DNA of 64,000 nt from Candidatus Poseidonia alphae (lineage in GTDB: Archaea > Thermoplasmatota > Poseidoniia > Poseidoniales > Poseidoniaceae), in NCBI GenBank assembly GCA_002505405.1, contig DAVD01000046.1, positions 39,534 through 103,533 of the forward strand, written 5' to 3'. The position numbers were made by a program, and so were the translations under genes. Of this stretch, positions 46,469 to 54,921 are shown piece by piece (position 1 is the stretch's first letter; each line of letters begins with the position of its first letter). Under the pieces are notes generated by a model. The model had not been told where the DNA came from, made no database searches, and saw only the letters and a list, made by a program, of their open reading frames with translations.

Positions 46469-49003
46469 TCATCGACCCATAACCGCACGGTGGACCATCA
46501 TCTGCACTTCCTTCATACGAGAGCGTGCACCCAGTTCACGGAACACTGAAAGGGCGCGCTGAAGGTATTCCATGCGTCCTTGTCGGTCCGGTGCCGCACC
46601 GCCGAGGCGGGTGAGAAGTTCTCCGATTTGCATACGTAGGTCATTGGCTTCAGCAATAACGAGAGCTTCACGATAATGCTCCATCGCATCTTCAGTTCGT
46701 CCTGCGTCATGAAGCACTTCCCCAAGAAGAATGGTAATTTCGACCAAGGCTTGAAGGTCACCAGCTTCGTTCATCGCCTCCAAAGCAGCGGTATAATGGA
46801 ACATAGCGAGTTCTGATTGTTCTATCTTTGAATAGTACCGCCCAAGAACCGCTTGCGCACGTGCATGAAGTGCAGCATCACCCATTGATTCTGTTGCTTC
46901 ATGGGCATCCATTGCATGTTCACGTGCACGTTGAACCTCTCCGAGGTCGAGAAGAGCCCGGGCAAGCGTGATTTGACTGCTCAGCAGTTCATTGCCTTTT
47001 GACTGAGCAAGAATCGCTTCAACCTCTCCATATGCCTCTAGGGCCTTATTACGGTCGTTTTTTCTTCGAAGAAGGTAGCCAATGTTGTTGTATGTACGGG
47101 CAGCCCACATTGCATTGCCTTGGCTGATGTAGTGCTTGAGAGCTTGTTTGTGGCGAGCCAGAGCAACATCACTGTTCCCTTGCTTCCGACTTACGTCTGC
47201 AAGTGACGAGAGAATTTCTGCTTCAATTGAAGGATTGTTGGCTTCTTTCGCCCCTTCAAGCGCCTTGTTGAGAACCTCTTCAGCATGCGCTAACCTACCA
47301 AGAAGCGCAAGAATATCACCCTGCAATTGAGCGAGAAGAACAACGGTGCTTGACTCCAGATCTGCCGTATCAATTCGTTCCAACAGGCCAAGCAATTCCA
47401 TGTGTCCTTGGGATACGAGATGCCGTCCTTTGTCCATGATGAGTTCCGAGGCTGATTCAAATTGATTGGACTGAATTGAATGGTAAATAAGTTCAATCGT
47501 AACTTCGTTGGATTGAGGTTGTTTTTCATACCACTCCATGCATTTTGAGTGGAATTCTTCTTTAAGCGATGTAGAAAGGCTACGTAATAAAAACTCACGA
47601 ATCAAATCGTGGACGTCATAGGTGGTTGAATCTGCCTGACGAGCCAGGCCAGATTCCACTAAATTATCAAGTTCGTCGGTGTCCAACTGCTGCAGTGCAA
47701 GCGCCTCGAGGACCATCGGCTCTCGGTAAATGGAAAGGGCAGAAAGCACACGCTTTTGCTCAGCGCTTAATTTGGAGAAAATCTCTACGGTGACATAATG
47801 CTCCAAGGTTTCGTGGAAGGCACCGGCTGATGCCCCACGGTTGATGAGTTCGAGCACCAGAGGGTGGCCTCGGGAGAGCCCATGGATGTGAAGCCACTGC
47901 TCGTCTTCAAGATTTGAAAAACTGCTGAGCAACTTTCGGCCCGACTCAGGGTCGAGTCCGTCCAATGGAAGGACCAAACTAGCAATTCTACCTTCAGCGT
48001 CTTTCGTGGGAACAACTGGCTTGAATGAACGCGAGAAGATAACCAAGCCAATTTTTTCTTCACTTCCGAGTAAAGCGATGGACATGGCTTGGAACGTCTG
48101 ATGCAGTACCAAATCGGAAACTTTGTGGAAATCATCAATGACAATGAGTGAAGGTGAACCTTCAAGCGCTTCTATGAGCAAACGGGCAGCATCAGCCGGT
48201 TGCGGAATTGGCGTTGCTGCAAGGTAACTCGCAAATTCCGAATTGCCCATACTGGACAACCAATCAGCAATGGATTCAAAAAACGAACGAGAACCTTCCC
48301 AATCCTGGCAGCGATGATAGAGAAGGTTGCGACGATGCATAAATCTCTCAATCAATTTTGAGGCCACGGTAGTTTTCCCGATACCTGCAATTCCGGGAAC
48401 CAGAAGAGTTGTTGCCCGTGCTTCAATCAAATTACCCATGTTGTCCAGTTCGGTTGTTCTTCCGTAAAAGTGTCGAAGCCGAGGCAAATCTGCTAGAGAG
48501 GTCACCAACTGCTTTTCCACGTGTTTGGAAAGGTCACGCTCAATCAAATCTTGAGACAAGGAGCGAGCATCAAGACAACCGTTCTCGTCCATGTATCGAA
48601 TCACGTCGACGGGGCGCATTTCGAAGGGCAAAACCGACTTCACACCGCCAAGAGTGGTGTCCACTGGTTGCTCTTCGCCTAAGATACAGCGAAGAGGAAA
48701 TTCTGACAACCGAGTCCAAGTTTCCGAGGCCATGATGATGCCGCTGTCGGTAAGGAAATACGCTTTCCTCTTCCGAGAAACTCCCTTGACGTGAGCCTGC
48801 CGTTCTACCAATATACCTTGATCTTTTAATCCCGAAATTGCACGAGGCACATTTGACCTTGCAATTGCAACGGCGTTGGCAATTCCCATTTGGGACAAAG
48901 CAAAAGGTACCTCAATGCTATTTTTGAAATCCGAATAGTCAAGGAGGTGCAAGAGGATTCTCTCTTGTACACCTGGCTTAGGTTGCGCTGCCATTTGATT
49001 CAA
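46469..49003 (-). CDS. STAND-type P-loop NTPase with an N-terminal winged-helix DNA-binding domain and C-terminal TPR array (AfsR/MalT-like architecture)
   Basis: The wHTH-like N-terminus is ERILLHLL...LSQMGIANAVAIARSNVPRAISGLKDQGILVERQ...KRKAYFLTDSG. An AAA_16/NB-ARC-like lead-in FYGRTTELDNM is followed by Walker A LLVPGIAGIGKTT (about 48368-48394) and Walker B SLIVIDDFHK. The C-terminal roughly 350 aa have TPR-like periodicity (A..YNNIGYLLRR.....AL.AY, RA.A.LG.YY......A...Y..AL). Confidence 0.8.
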   Translation of the reverse strand: MNQMAAQPKPGVQERILLHLLDYSDFKNSIEVPFALSQMGIANAVAIARSNVPRAISGLKDQGILVERQAHVKGVSRKRKAYFLTDSGIIMASETWTRLSEFPLRCILGEEQPVDTTLGGVKSVLPFEMRPVDVIRYMDENGCLDARSLSQDLIERDLSKHVEKQLVTSLADLPRLRHFYGRTTELDNMGNLIEARATTLLVPGIAGIGKTTVASKLIERFMHRRNLLYHRCQDWEGSRSFFESIADWLSSMGNSEFASYLAATPIPQPADAARLLIEALEGSPSLIVIDDFHKVSDLVLHQTFQAMSIALLGSEEKIGLVIFSRSFKPVVPTKDAEGRIASLVLPLDGLDPESGRKLLSSFSNLEDEQWLHIHGLSRGHPLVLELINRGASAGAFHETLEHYVTVEIFSKLSAEQKRVLSALSIYREPMVLEALALQQLDTDELDNLVESGLARQADSTTYDVHDLIREFLLRSLSTSLKEEFHSKCMEWYEKQPQSNEVTIELIYHSIQSNQFESASELIMDKGRHLVSQGHMELLGLLERIDTADLESSTVVLLAQLQGDILALLGRLAHAEEVLNKALEGAKEANNPSIEAEILSSLADVSRKQGNSDVALARHKQALKHYISQGNAMWAARTYNNIGYLLRRKNDRNKALEAYGEVEAILAQSKGNELLSSQITLARALLDLGEVQRAREHAMDAHEATESMGDAALHARAQAVLGRYYSKIEQSELAMFHYTAALEAMNEAGDLQALVEITILLGEVLHDAGRTEDAMEHYREALVIAEANDLRMQIGELLTRLGGAAPDRQGRMEYLQRALSVFRELGARSRMKEVQMMVHRAVMGR

Positions 49004-49016
49004 CTCGATTCAACCG

Positions 49017-52000
49017 TCACTGATCCGGAGTGTAGTCAGGGTCAGGAGCCCACTGGTTTGTTCCTTCGTCCCAGATCCAGCCAGGATGCTGAGATGTCTC
49101 CGCGGGTACAGCCGCAACTTCAGGAGTTGCTACCGCTTGAGCCGTTACTTCTTGCTGGGGAATTTCTACCGTCTTCTTGGCTTTGGCCCATGCATAGGGG
49201 TCTTCTGCAGCAGCGAGGTTTTCATCGTCCTCTTCTGAGACATCTGGAATCTCTTCAAATTCAACGAAGAAGAAGGCTCCAACACCGAGGAGAACAATGA
49301 TACCGCCTACAATCAAGATGATGCTCAAGAGTGAAGAATCATCATCATTACCGCTTGAAACGACAATGCTGAACTCTCCGTTTTCAGTCTCTCCTGCAAA
49401 TTTGAAAACCTGACCGTCCATTTCGAAAATTATTTCTTCATTTCCTTCCATGCTGAGTTGGCTGTTTGTCAAGTCCATGGTCCATGTTCCATCGGAAAGA
49501 ACCCTCGTCGAGTTGAGTTTTGCGTTTCCATTAGCAAACCTGATGTTGACCGTACTACCAGGCAGTCCTTCACCCTGGAAGGATGCTGGATCATCTGGAG
49601 TGATTGGTCCGCTATCAACACGTTCAACGCTGAAAGCAACTGCTCGTACGAGGAAGTTTACCTTGATTGAATAGGCCCTGGATTCTTGGTCATCCTCTGC
49701 ATAAAACATCACTCCATTGAGTGACCATTCAGGTATTTCACTGGTGACCTGTGCAATCGAATCCATCGGATCATAGATCGCTTTTCCATCTGCAGTGATA
49801 CGGATGTACGATGAATAGTCGTCATCTTCAAGTGTTCCGGCATCGTTGTAAACATAGAAGGAAAGTGCATCGCTAGCCTCGCCAATACCATCAGGGTCAC
49901 TGAAAAATTGAGTCAGGTCTATCGTAGCCCCTCCACCGCATCGGTCAAACGAATTTGATTGAGAATCACAGAAGATGGTCACACTTCCAATCCAACCGGC
50001 ATCGTTGAAGACAGGGTCAATGTTGTTGGCGTCAATTGGATTGTTAATGGTCATACGCCAGACCGTATCCACAGAATAGTCCTCACCGTCGTATGCGCGT
50101 ACGGTGACTTCGTATACACCATCATGGTCAAGTTTGGAGGTATCCCAGGTCGCCGACCATGAGCCATCGGGATTGAAGGAGGTCACTGGAAGAGGTCCAT
50201 TGTTGAGAGTGATACTGGTACCGAGGTCTACGATCTCAATTTCCACACGAGTTACCTGTCCGCCGATGTCACGAGCAACACCAACAATTGTTGTATCATC
50301 GGATGCTCGGACTGTATCTCCATCAATACCGCCGGTCATTTGGTCTGCAGAACCAATCCAGGTGAGTTGCAACTGAGGCGGAGTGTTTTCATTGACGATG
50401 GTCAGAACTCGAGTCTCAATGACACAAACTCCACCGTCTTCTGGTGCTACTGCTACATCGATACAAAAGTCGCTATCCGATGCCCAGACCTCAAAGGTGT
50501 ATTCACCGGATGGAAGTTCAGAAAAGTCCCACTCGTGGGACCAGCTTGTTGAGCCTTCTTCGTAATAATGGGAAATGTAATCGTTTTCTGGACTGGTGAT
50601 ATGGAACCAAATCTTCTGAACGTCGCTACCGTATGTCCCTGCGTAGGGGTCTGCTGCTGTTCCTTGGAACAACACTTTTCCATTTGTATGAGTGCTTCCC
50701 GAGTTTGGAACATCAACAACGATGGTAGGAGGTACAAGATTCAGTTTGTATTGACGAACGGAAACAGGGGAATAGTCAAGTCCGTCGTAGGAGCGAACAC
50801 GGAATGTTACGTCTCCCTCTCCACCAGCATGCGCAGACATATCCCAAACAAACGACCAATCCTTGAACGGATGGTTTTCCATTGTGATCATACCGTTAGC
50901 ACCAGAGGTGTCAACTGCTGAATACCAATCATTGGTGCCTGGCGGTTGGACTTCAACAGCGGTGATCATACCAAACTGTTTCGTGCTGGCTGTGTTGTCG
51001 TTTGCATAAGGCCACTTGACGCCGTCCCACGCTTGTCCGGTGAGGTCAACCTTGGTTGCGAACGAAACACCGTCTTGCTGAGTTACGGTAACGCCCGGGC
51101 GTAGATTGTCAAGGTTGATGACGTCATCAATTGGGCCTGAGAGAACATATGAGAAGTCCTTAGTACCGCTTCCGAACTTGAACGCTTCAACCGTGTAGAA
51201 CGGCATTTCACGTCCGTTAATGCAGTCTGCGTCGTCGTCATCAATGAGTGTATCGCCATCGTTATCAATCCCATCCGCACAAGAATCTTCATCCATTGTG
51301 ATGGGCGGGTTGCCTGAGCCAGGGATGATAGCATTCTTGTCACCAACTTTGTGATTCCAATTGCGGTCAAGGAGGAAGTCCGAAGGAAGTGAAACTTGTT
51401 GCGTAAATCCGAATGCGTCGGTCGTCAACTCATACAAGGGCAAACCAGTTGCGTCTTTGATGATGACCGTTGCACCAGCAACGTTGCTGTTCTTAGCCTT
51501 AACTTGGTATCGAACGAGTTCACCTTCACGAACTTGTGAGCCCCATGCCGAGTTTTGGTTTTGGACGTGAATCATCGAAGAGTCAAAGTTCTGGAGGTCT
51601 GCAAAGGAAAACACGGTAGCATTTTCGATCAGTTCAATCGCGAGAGGCATTTGTGCAGGAGGCATGGTGGATGCTTTAGATAGCGACAAACATTCGACTT
51701 GCACGTAGGGGCATTCAGCGCTCATCCAGCTTATGGAAATCGGGTAGAGTTCATTGTTACCTGGGGATGGGATCTGCTCGCTTTGAACGGTGAGTCGAGA
51801 TTCTGTGACGTTGTAAACTTGAGAAACACCGGTCCAAGTATTGCCCGAAAAGTACGCCACTGAGCCGTACTTCATATTGGTTGTTGGGTCGTCATGAACC
51901 GAGATGTTGCCCGCATAGCCAAAGGCTGAGTCGCCAGTGTTTCCTTGGACGTTCACAATGCTACCTGTTGCTCGAATGATGTCACCCGTATTGCCAGAAA

Positions 52001-53462
52001 TCGTGTTGTCAATGATGGTAGCAGAAGCCATGAAGACGTGGATTGCAGGGCAAGCAAATTCTCCACCATAAATGACCGACTCGCACGTGCCGGAGTTGTT
52101 TTGGATGATGTTGTTAGCGAAATAAAGACGCTTTGCTTCGTAGTCCTTGCTTTGACCGTAGTCTTCGTGATGGTATTCCCCGATGTTAACGGCTTCCTTG
52201 GTCGTTTCTTTGATGGTGTTGTTTTCAGCGATAACATCTGAATCTTTTCCATAGATCCACAGTCCATTAAAACCGCCAATTGGTCCAATGGTGTTGCCGT
52301 GAAGTTCAATTTTTGAGGCACTTATTCCAACGCCAGATGCTTCACTTGCACCAGAAATAGTATTTCCTTCAGCGTAGACGTTTGCACCTTCATAGGCGGT
52401 CAGTCCAGCCCCTTCTGTGGTCGTGAGTATGTTGTTGTTAACGGTGAGCATGTGGTTGATGGTTCCCGTTGTTTTTACCGAGGTGGTATCAACTGCATTG
52501 CACTTGACAGTGATGTCCGAATTGGTCAAGGAACCTGAACTTCGCTCCATGAGAACTCCGTAAGATGAGTCTTTAATTTCGAGGTCGTCCATATCGACAT
52601 AGCTTTCCTCCACAACGAGGACCGATAGGCCACCGCCTTGGCTACCGCAATCTGCATCATCACCGGTGAATACTGAACTTTCCAGTTTGAACGTGGAAAG
52701 AATTCCTGCCCCGGCCCCGAAGGCTCCCACGGCTTCATAACCACTCCACATCCGTTCGTCAATGCCGTTCGTAAATTCGGATTCTGAAATCATTGGAGCC
52801 GCGAAATCCACCGCCAAAACGTTGGATGTGTTGGTGTCCTTGAACGACAATCCTCGTGCGGTAGTGCTCGAACCGTCAAAGACCAGAACTCCGTATTTTA
52901 TCGACTGGCTCTGGGTGCCTGCGCCCACAAAGGTAGGATATCCGTACCCGTTCTCAAAGTGTGCATAATTGATGGAGGTCAACGATTGGTCGATGGTATC
53001 ACGGATGATTAAACCAGAACCGCAAGCCGCATCGGGATTGTTGTTCGGCATGGTGGAATGGTTGCTCAGGCAACGTCCAGTTTCGGTGTATCCTTGTGCT
53101 GTTGGCTTGGTCCAAATGAAACGAGCCTGACTGGAGGAAGAGCCCGCACTGGCGCCACAAGCCGAATCCCCGATGCATATGGCTCCACGAACATCAATGA
53201 AATTACCGTACGGAATATTCACAGTAGTACCCGCATTGACAATGAGTTTTGCACCCTCTGCAACTTCAACATCGCCCTGGAGCGTCATGGTGCCTGACCA
53301 AGTCTCAACACCGGTTACGGTTCCTTTGGTTGTTTCATTGACGGCTGAGACTTCAGGCAAGGCAACTAGGCCGAGTAAGAAAGAGAGCAAAAACAGTGTT
53401 ACGATTGAGAAACTTTTGACTTTCAAATTTTGTGACATGAGGGATGCACCTATTCTCCCCAT
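49017..53462 (-). CDS. Giant type I membrane surface protein (1,481 aa) with a right-handed parallel beta-helix (PbH1) region and Ig-like modules
   Basis: Signal: KSFSIVTLFLLSFLLGLVALPEVSA. Beta-helix rungs are visible (NNILTTTEGAGL, AEGNTISGASEASGV, LHGNTIGP, AENNTIKETT, ANNIIQNNSG, IIDNTISGNTGDII, VQGNTGD). A DNDGD motif (DGIDNDGDTLIDDDDADC) is present. The C-terminal TM helix is LLSIILIVGGIIVLLGVGAFFF. The acidic, Pro-rich tail ends HPGWIWDEGTNQWAPDPDYTPDQ. An alternative start (MSQNLKVKSF) lies at 53438. Confidence 0.8.
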   Translation of the reverse strand: MGRIGASLMSQNLKVKSFSIVTLFLLSFLLGLVALPEVSAVNETTKGTVTGVETWSGTMTLQGDVEVAEGAKLIVNAGTTVNIPYGNFIDVRGAICIGDSACGASAGSSSSQARFIWTKPTAQGYTETGRCLSNHSTMPNNNPDAACGSGLIIRDTIDQSLTSINYAHFENGYGYPTFVGAGTQSQSIKYGVLVFDGSSTTARGLSFKDTNTSNVLAVDFAAPMISESEFTNGIDERMWSGYEAVGAFGAGAGILSTFKLESSVFTGDDADCGSQGGGLSVLVVEESYVDMDDLEIKDSSYGVLMERSSGSLTNSDITVKCNAVDTTSVKTTGTINHMLTVNNNILTTTEGAGLTAYEGANVYAEGNTISGASEASGVGISASKIELHGNTIGPIGGFNGLWIYGKDSDVIAENNTIKETTKEAVNIGEYHHEDYGQSKDYEAKRLYFANNIIQNNSGTCESVIYGGEFACPAIHVFMASATIIDNTISGNTGDIIRATGSIVNVQGNTGDSAFGYAGNISVHDDPTTNMKYGSVAYFSGNTWTGVSQVYNVTESRLTVQSEQIPSPGNNELYPISISWMSAECPYVQVECLSLSKASTMPPAQMPLAIELIENATVFSFADLQNFDSSMIHVQNQNSAWGSQVREGELVRYQVKAKNSNVAGATVIIKDATGLPLYELTTDAFGFTQQVSLPSDFLLDRNWNHKVGDKNAIIPGSGNPPITMDEDSCADGIDNDGDTLIDDDDADCINGREMPFYTVEAFKFGSGTKDFSYVLSGPIDDVINLDNLRPGVTVTQQDGVSFATKVDLTGQAWDGVKWPYANDNTASTKQFGMITAVEVQPPGTNDWYSAVDTSGANGMITMENHPFKDWSFVWDMSAHAGGEGDVTFRVRSYDGLDYSPVSVRQYKLNLVPPTIVVDVPNSGSTHTNGKVLFQGTAADPYAGTYGSDVQKIWFHITSPENDYISHYYEEGSTSWSHEWDFSELPSGEYTFEVWASDSDFCIDVAVAPEDGGVCVIETRVLTIVNENTPPQLQLTWIGSADQMTGGIDGDTVRASDDTTIVGVARDIGGQVTRVEIEIVDLGTSITLNNGPLPVTSFNPDGSWSATWDTSKLDHDGVYEVTVRAYDGEDYSVDTVWRMTINNPIDANNIDPVFNDAGWIGSVTIFCDSQSNSFDRCGGGATIDLTQFFSDPDGIGEASDALSFYVYNDAGTLEDDDYSSYIRITADGKAIYDPMDSIAQVTSEIPEWSLNGVMFYAEDDQESRAYSIKVNFLVRAVAFSVERVDSGPITPDDPASFQGEGLPGSTVNIRFANGNAKLNSTRVLSDGTWTMDLTNSQLSMEGNEEIIFEMDGQVFKFAGETENGEFSIVVSSGNDDDSSLLSIILIVGGIIVLLGVGAFFFVEFEEIPDVSEEDDENLAAAEDPYAWAKAKKTVEIPQQEVTAQAVATPEVAAVPAETSQHPGWIWDEGTNQWAPDPDYTPDQ

Positions 53463-53640
53463 GAACGGGCCGAATATAATACTGCTCCATGATTGTCGCC
53501 CTTAAGGTATCAATTAGGCTTAATAATATCAACGAATTCGCCGAATAAAGTAAGTTTTCTACCGGAAAAAGGTCATAAAATACGAAGGCAGTATTGTATT
53601 CCAACACTCCAAATCAAACATTGAGAGGGGTAAAACGCTC
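53463..53640 (-). promoter_or_regulatory. AT-rich intergenic region upstream of the beta-helix giant gene (putative promoter)
   Basis: This 178-nt gap contains AT boxes on the coding strand: TATTATATTC (plus-strand 53472-53481), GATATTATTAA (about 53520-53530) and TATTTTATGA (about 53574-53583). If the TATA box is at 53472-53481, the ATG at 53438, which has an upstream AGGTG, is the more likely start. There is no RNA-gene pattern. This call is tentative. Confidence 0.3.
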
Positions 53641-54870
53641 TTAGCAGGCGGCTCCTGGTTTGATTTCGTCGATCCAGGCTCTAGCATCAACTTGACCGTA
53701 GCCGGCATAAGGATGATGATCTTCCCCCTGCCCAATGGATTGGGCCGAATTCATCAGAGCCGTTTTGACGAGGTCGACACACGAACCATCGCTTTGACCG
53801 TCGGGGCGAAGTTGAGGGTGGGCTTCCAACAACAACGCAAGGGCGCCGGCGACAAAAACAGTTGAGTCAGAGGTACCGCTGCTCGTGTACCAAAGATTAT
53901 CTTCACCGGTGCTGATAATTCGGTGACCTGGAGCTACAATTTCGGGTTTCATGTGGGGGTGTTGGCGTGGGGTCTCGTCCCCAGTATCGCTACCAACAGA
54001 GGAATTCACCCACACTTGGCCCTGTCGAGTCGTAGCGCCAACCGAGATGGCTCTGGGGACGTTCCCCGGTGCAGCCACGTCTCCGTCATCACCGGAACCC
54101 CCGTCATTACCGGCAGCAGCCACGACAAATATTCCGCTATCGGTGGCTTGCCGTGTTGCTGATACTGAATCTCCTTCACGCTGGCCGTCCATATTCGGAG
54201 TACCACCTAGCGACAGGGAGATGATGTCCGCTTCGAATTGAAATTGACACCACCGAATGGCGTCTCCGACATCAGACTCCAATCCGCTGTTTTGTCCCGA
54301 ACCGTCATCTTGGAGTGCTGCAACCATTGCAAACGTCACGTTTTGAGCAATGCCGGCTTGATGGCTACCGGAAATCAATATTCCAGCCATCAAGGTCCCG
54401 TGGGCGACTGCACCGTATTCCCTAGGTGCAGATGAATCCCCAATAAGGTCGTGAAATCGGATATCTTTTCCAGCAAAGGCCTCATGTTGATTGTCAATCC
54501 CAGTATCGACCATGCAAAGGCGGATTCCTTCGCCACTCAGTCCGTCTTCATTGAGGCCTCGGACGCCTGTGGCCTCAAAGGCCCATTCTGAATCCGGTAG
54601 CGGAATGTCAACAACCAGGAGGTCATTTTGCCACAACAGCATGCTAATGGAAACGAACACGGCAAAACCAAGCATGTTCGTCGCAGTCAATGCCCGCCTT
54701 CTTGTTCGAACCACTGGCTGTGCAACCATTGGAGCCCATCCCATGACTTCAGAACGCCAACCGTCTTGATGACCTACAACTGCAGGATCCACAGCAGAAA
54801 CAATGCTCCGGTCATGAGGCTCAGGAAGATACTCAACGTGGTCAAGACCTTCCATAGTGGTGACTATCAC
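53641..54870 (-). CDS. Membrane-anchored subtilisin-like (peptidase S8) serine protease
   Basis: A signal-anchor helix is present (LTATNMLGFAVFVSISMLLW). The catalytic triad motifs are CMVDTGIDNQH (about 54493-54513), AHGTLMAGIL and SGTSDSTVFVAGALALL. Confidence 0.88.
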   Translation of the reverse strand: MIVTTMEGLDHVEYLPEPHDRSIVSAVDPAVVGHQDGWRSEVMGWAPMVAQPVVRTRRRALTATNMLGFAVFVSISMLLWQNDLLVVDIPLPDSEWAFEATGVRGLNEDGLSGEGIRLCMVDTGIDNQHEAFAGKDIRFHDLIGDSSAPREYGAVAHGTLMAGILISGSHQAGIAQNVTFAMVAALQDDGSGQNSGLESDVGDAIRWCQFQFEADIISLSLGGTPNMDGQREGDSVSATRQATDSGIFVVAAAGNDGGSGDDGDVAAPGNVPRAISVGATTRQGQVWVNSSVGSDTGDETPRQHPHMKPEIVAPGHRIISTGEDNLWYTSSGTSDSTVFVAGALALLLEAHPQLRPDGQSDGSCVDLVKTALMNSAQSIGQGEDHHPYAGYGQVDARAWIDEIKPGAAC

Positions 54871-54921
54871 ATCGTTTGCTTCATGAACCCTTGTTTGACA
54901 AGGGACGTAATTGTTCTAAAA

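Noticed and set aside
46469-49003. STAND-TPR protein as an Avs-type antiviral defence gene
   Set aside because: No nuclease, protease, TIR or other effector module is visible. The N-terminus looks like a DNA-binding wHTH, and no other defence genes, CRISPR or mobile elements flank it. It is kept as a minor alternative in the findings.
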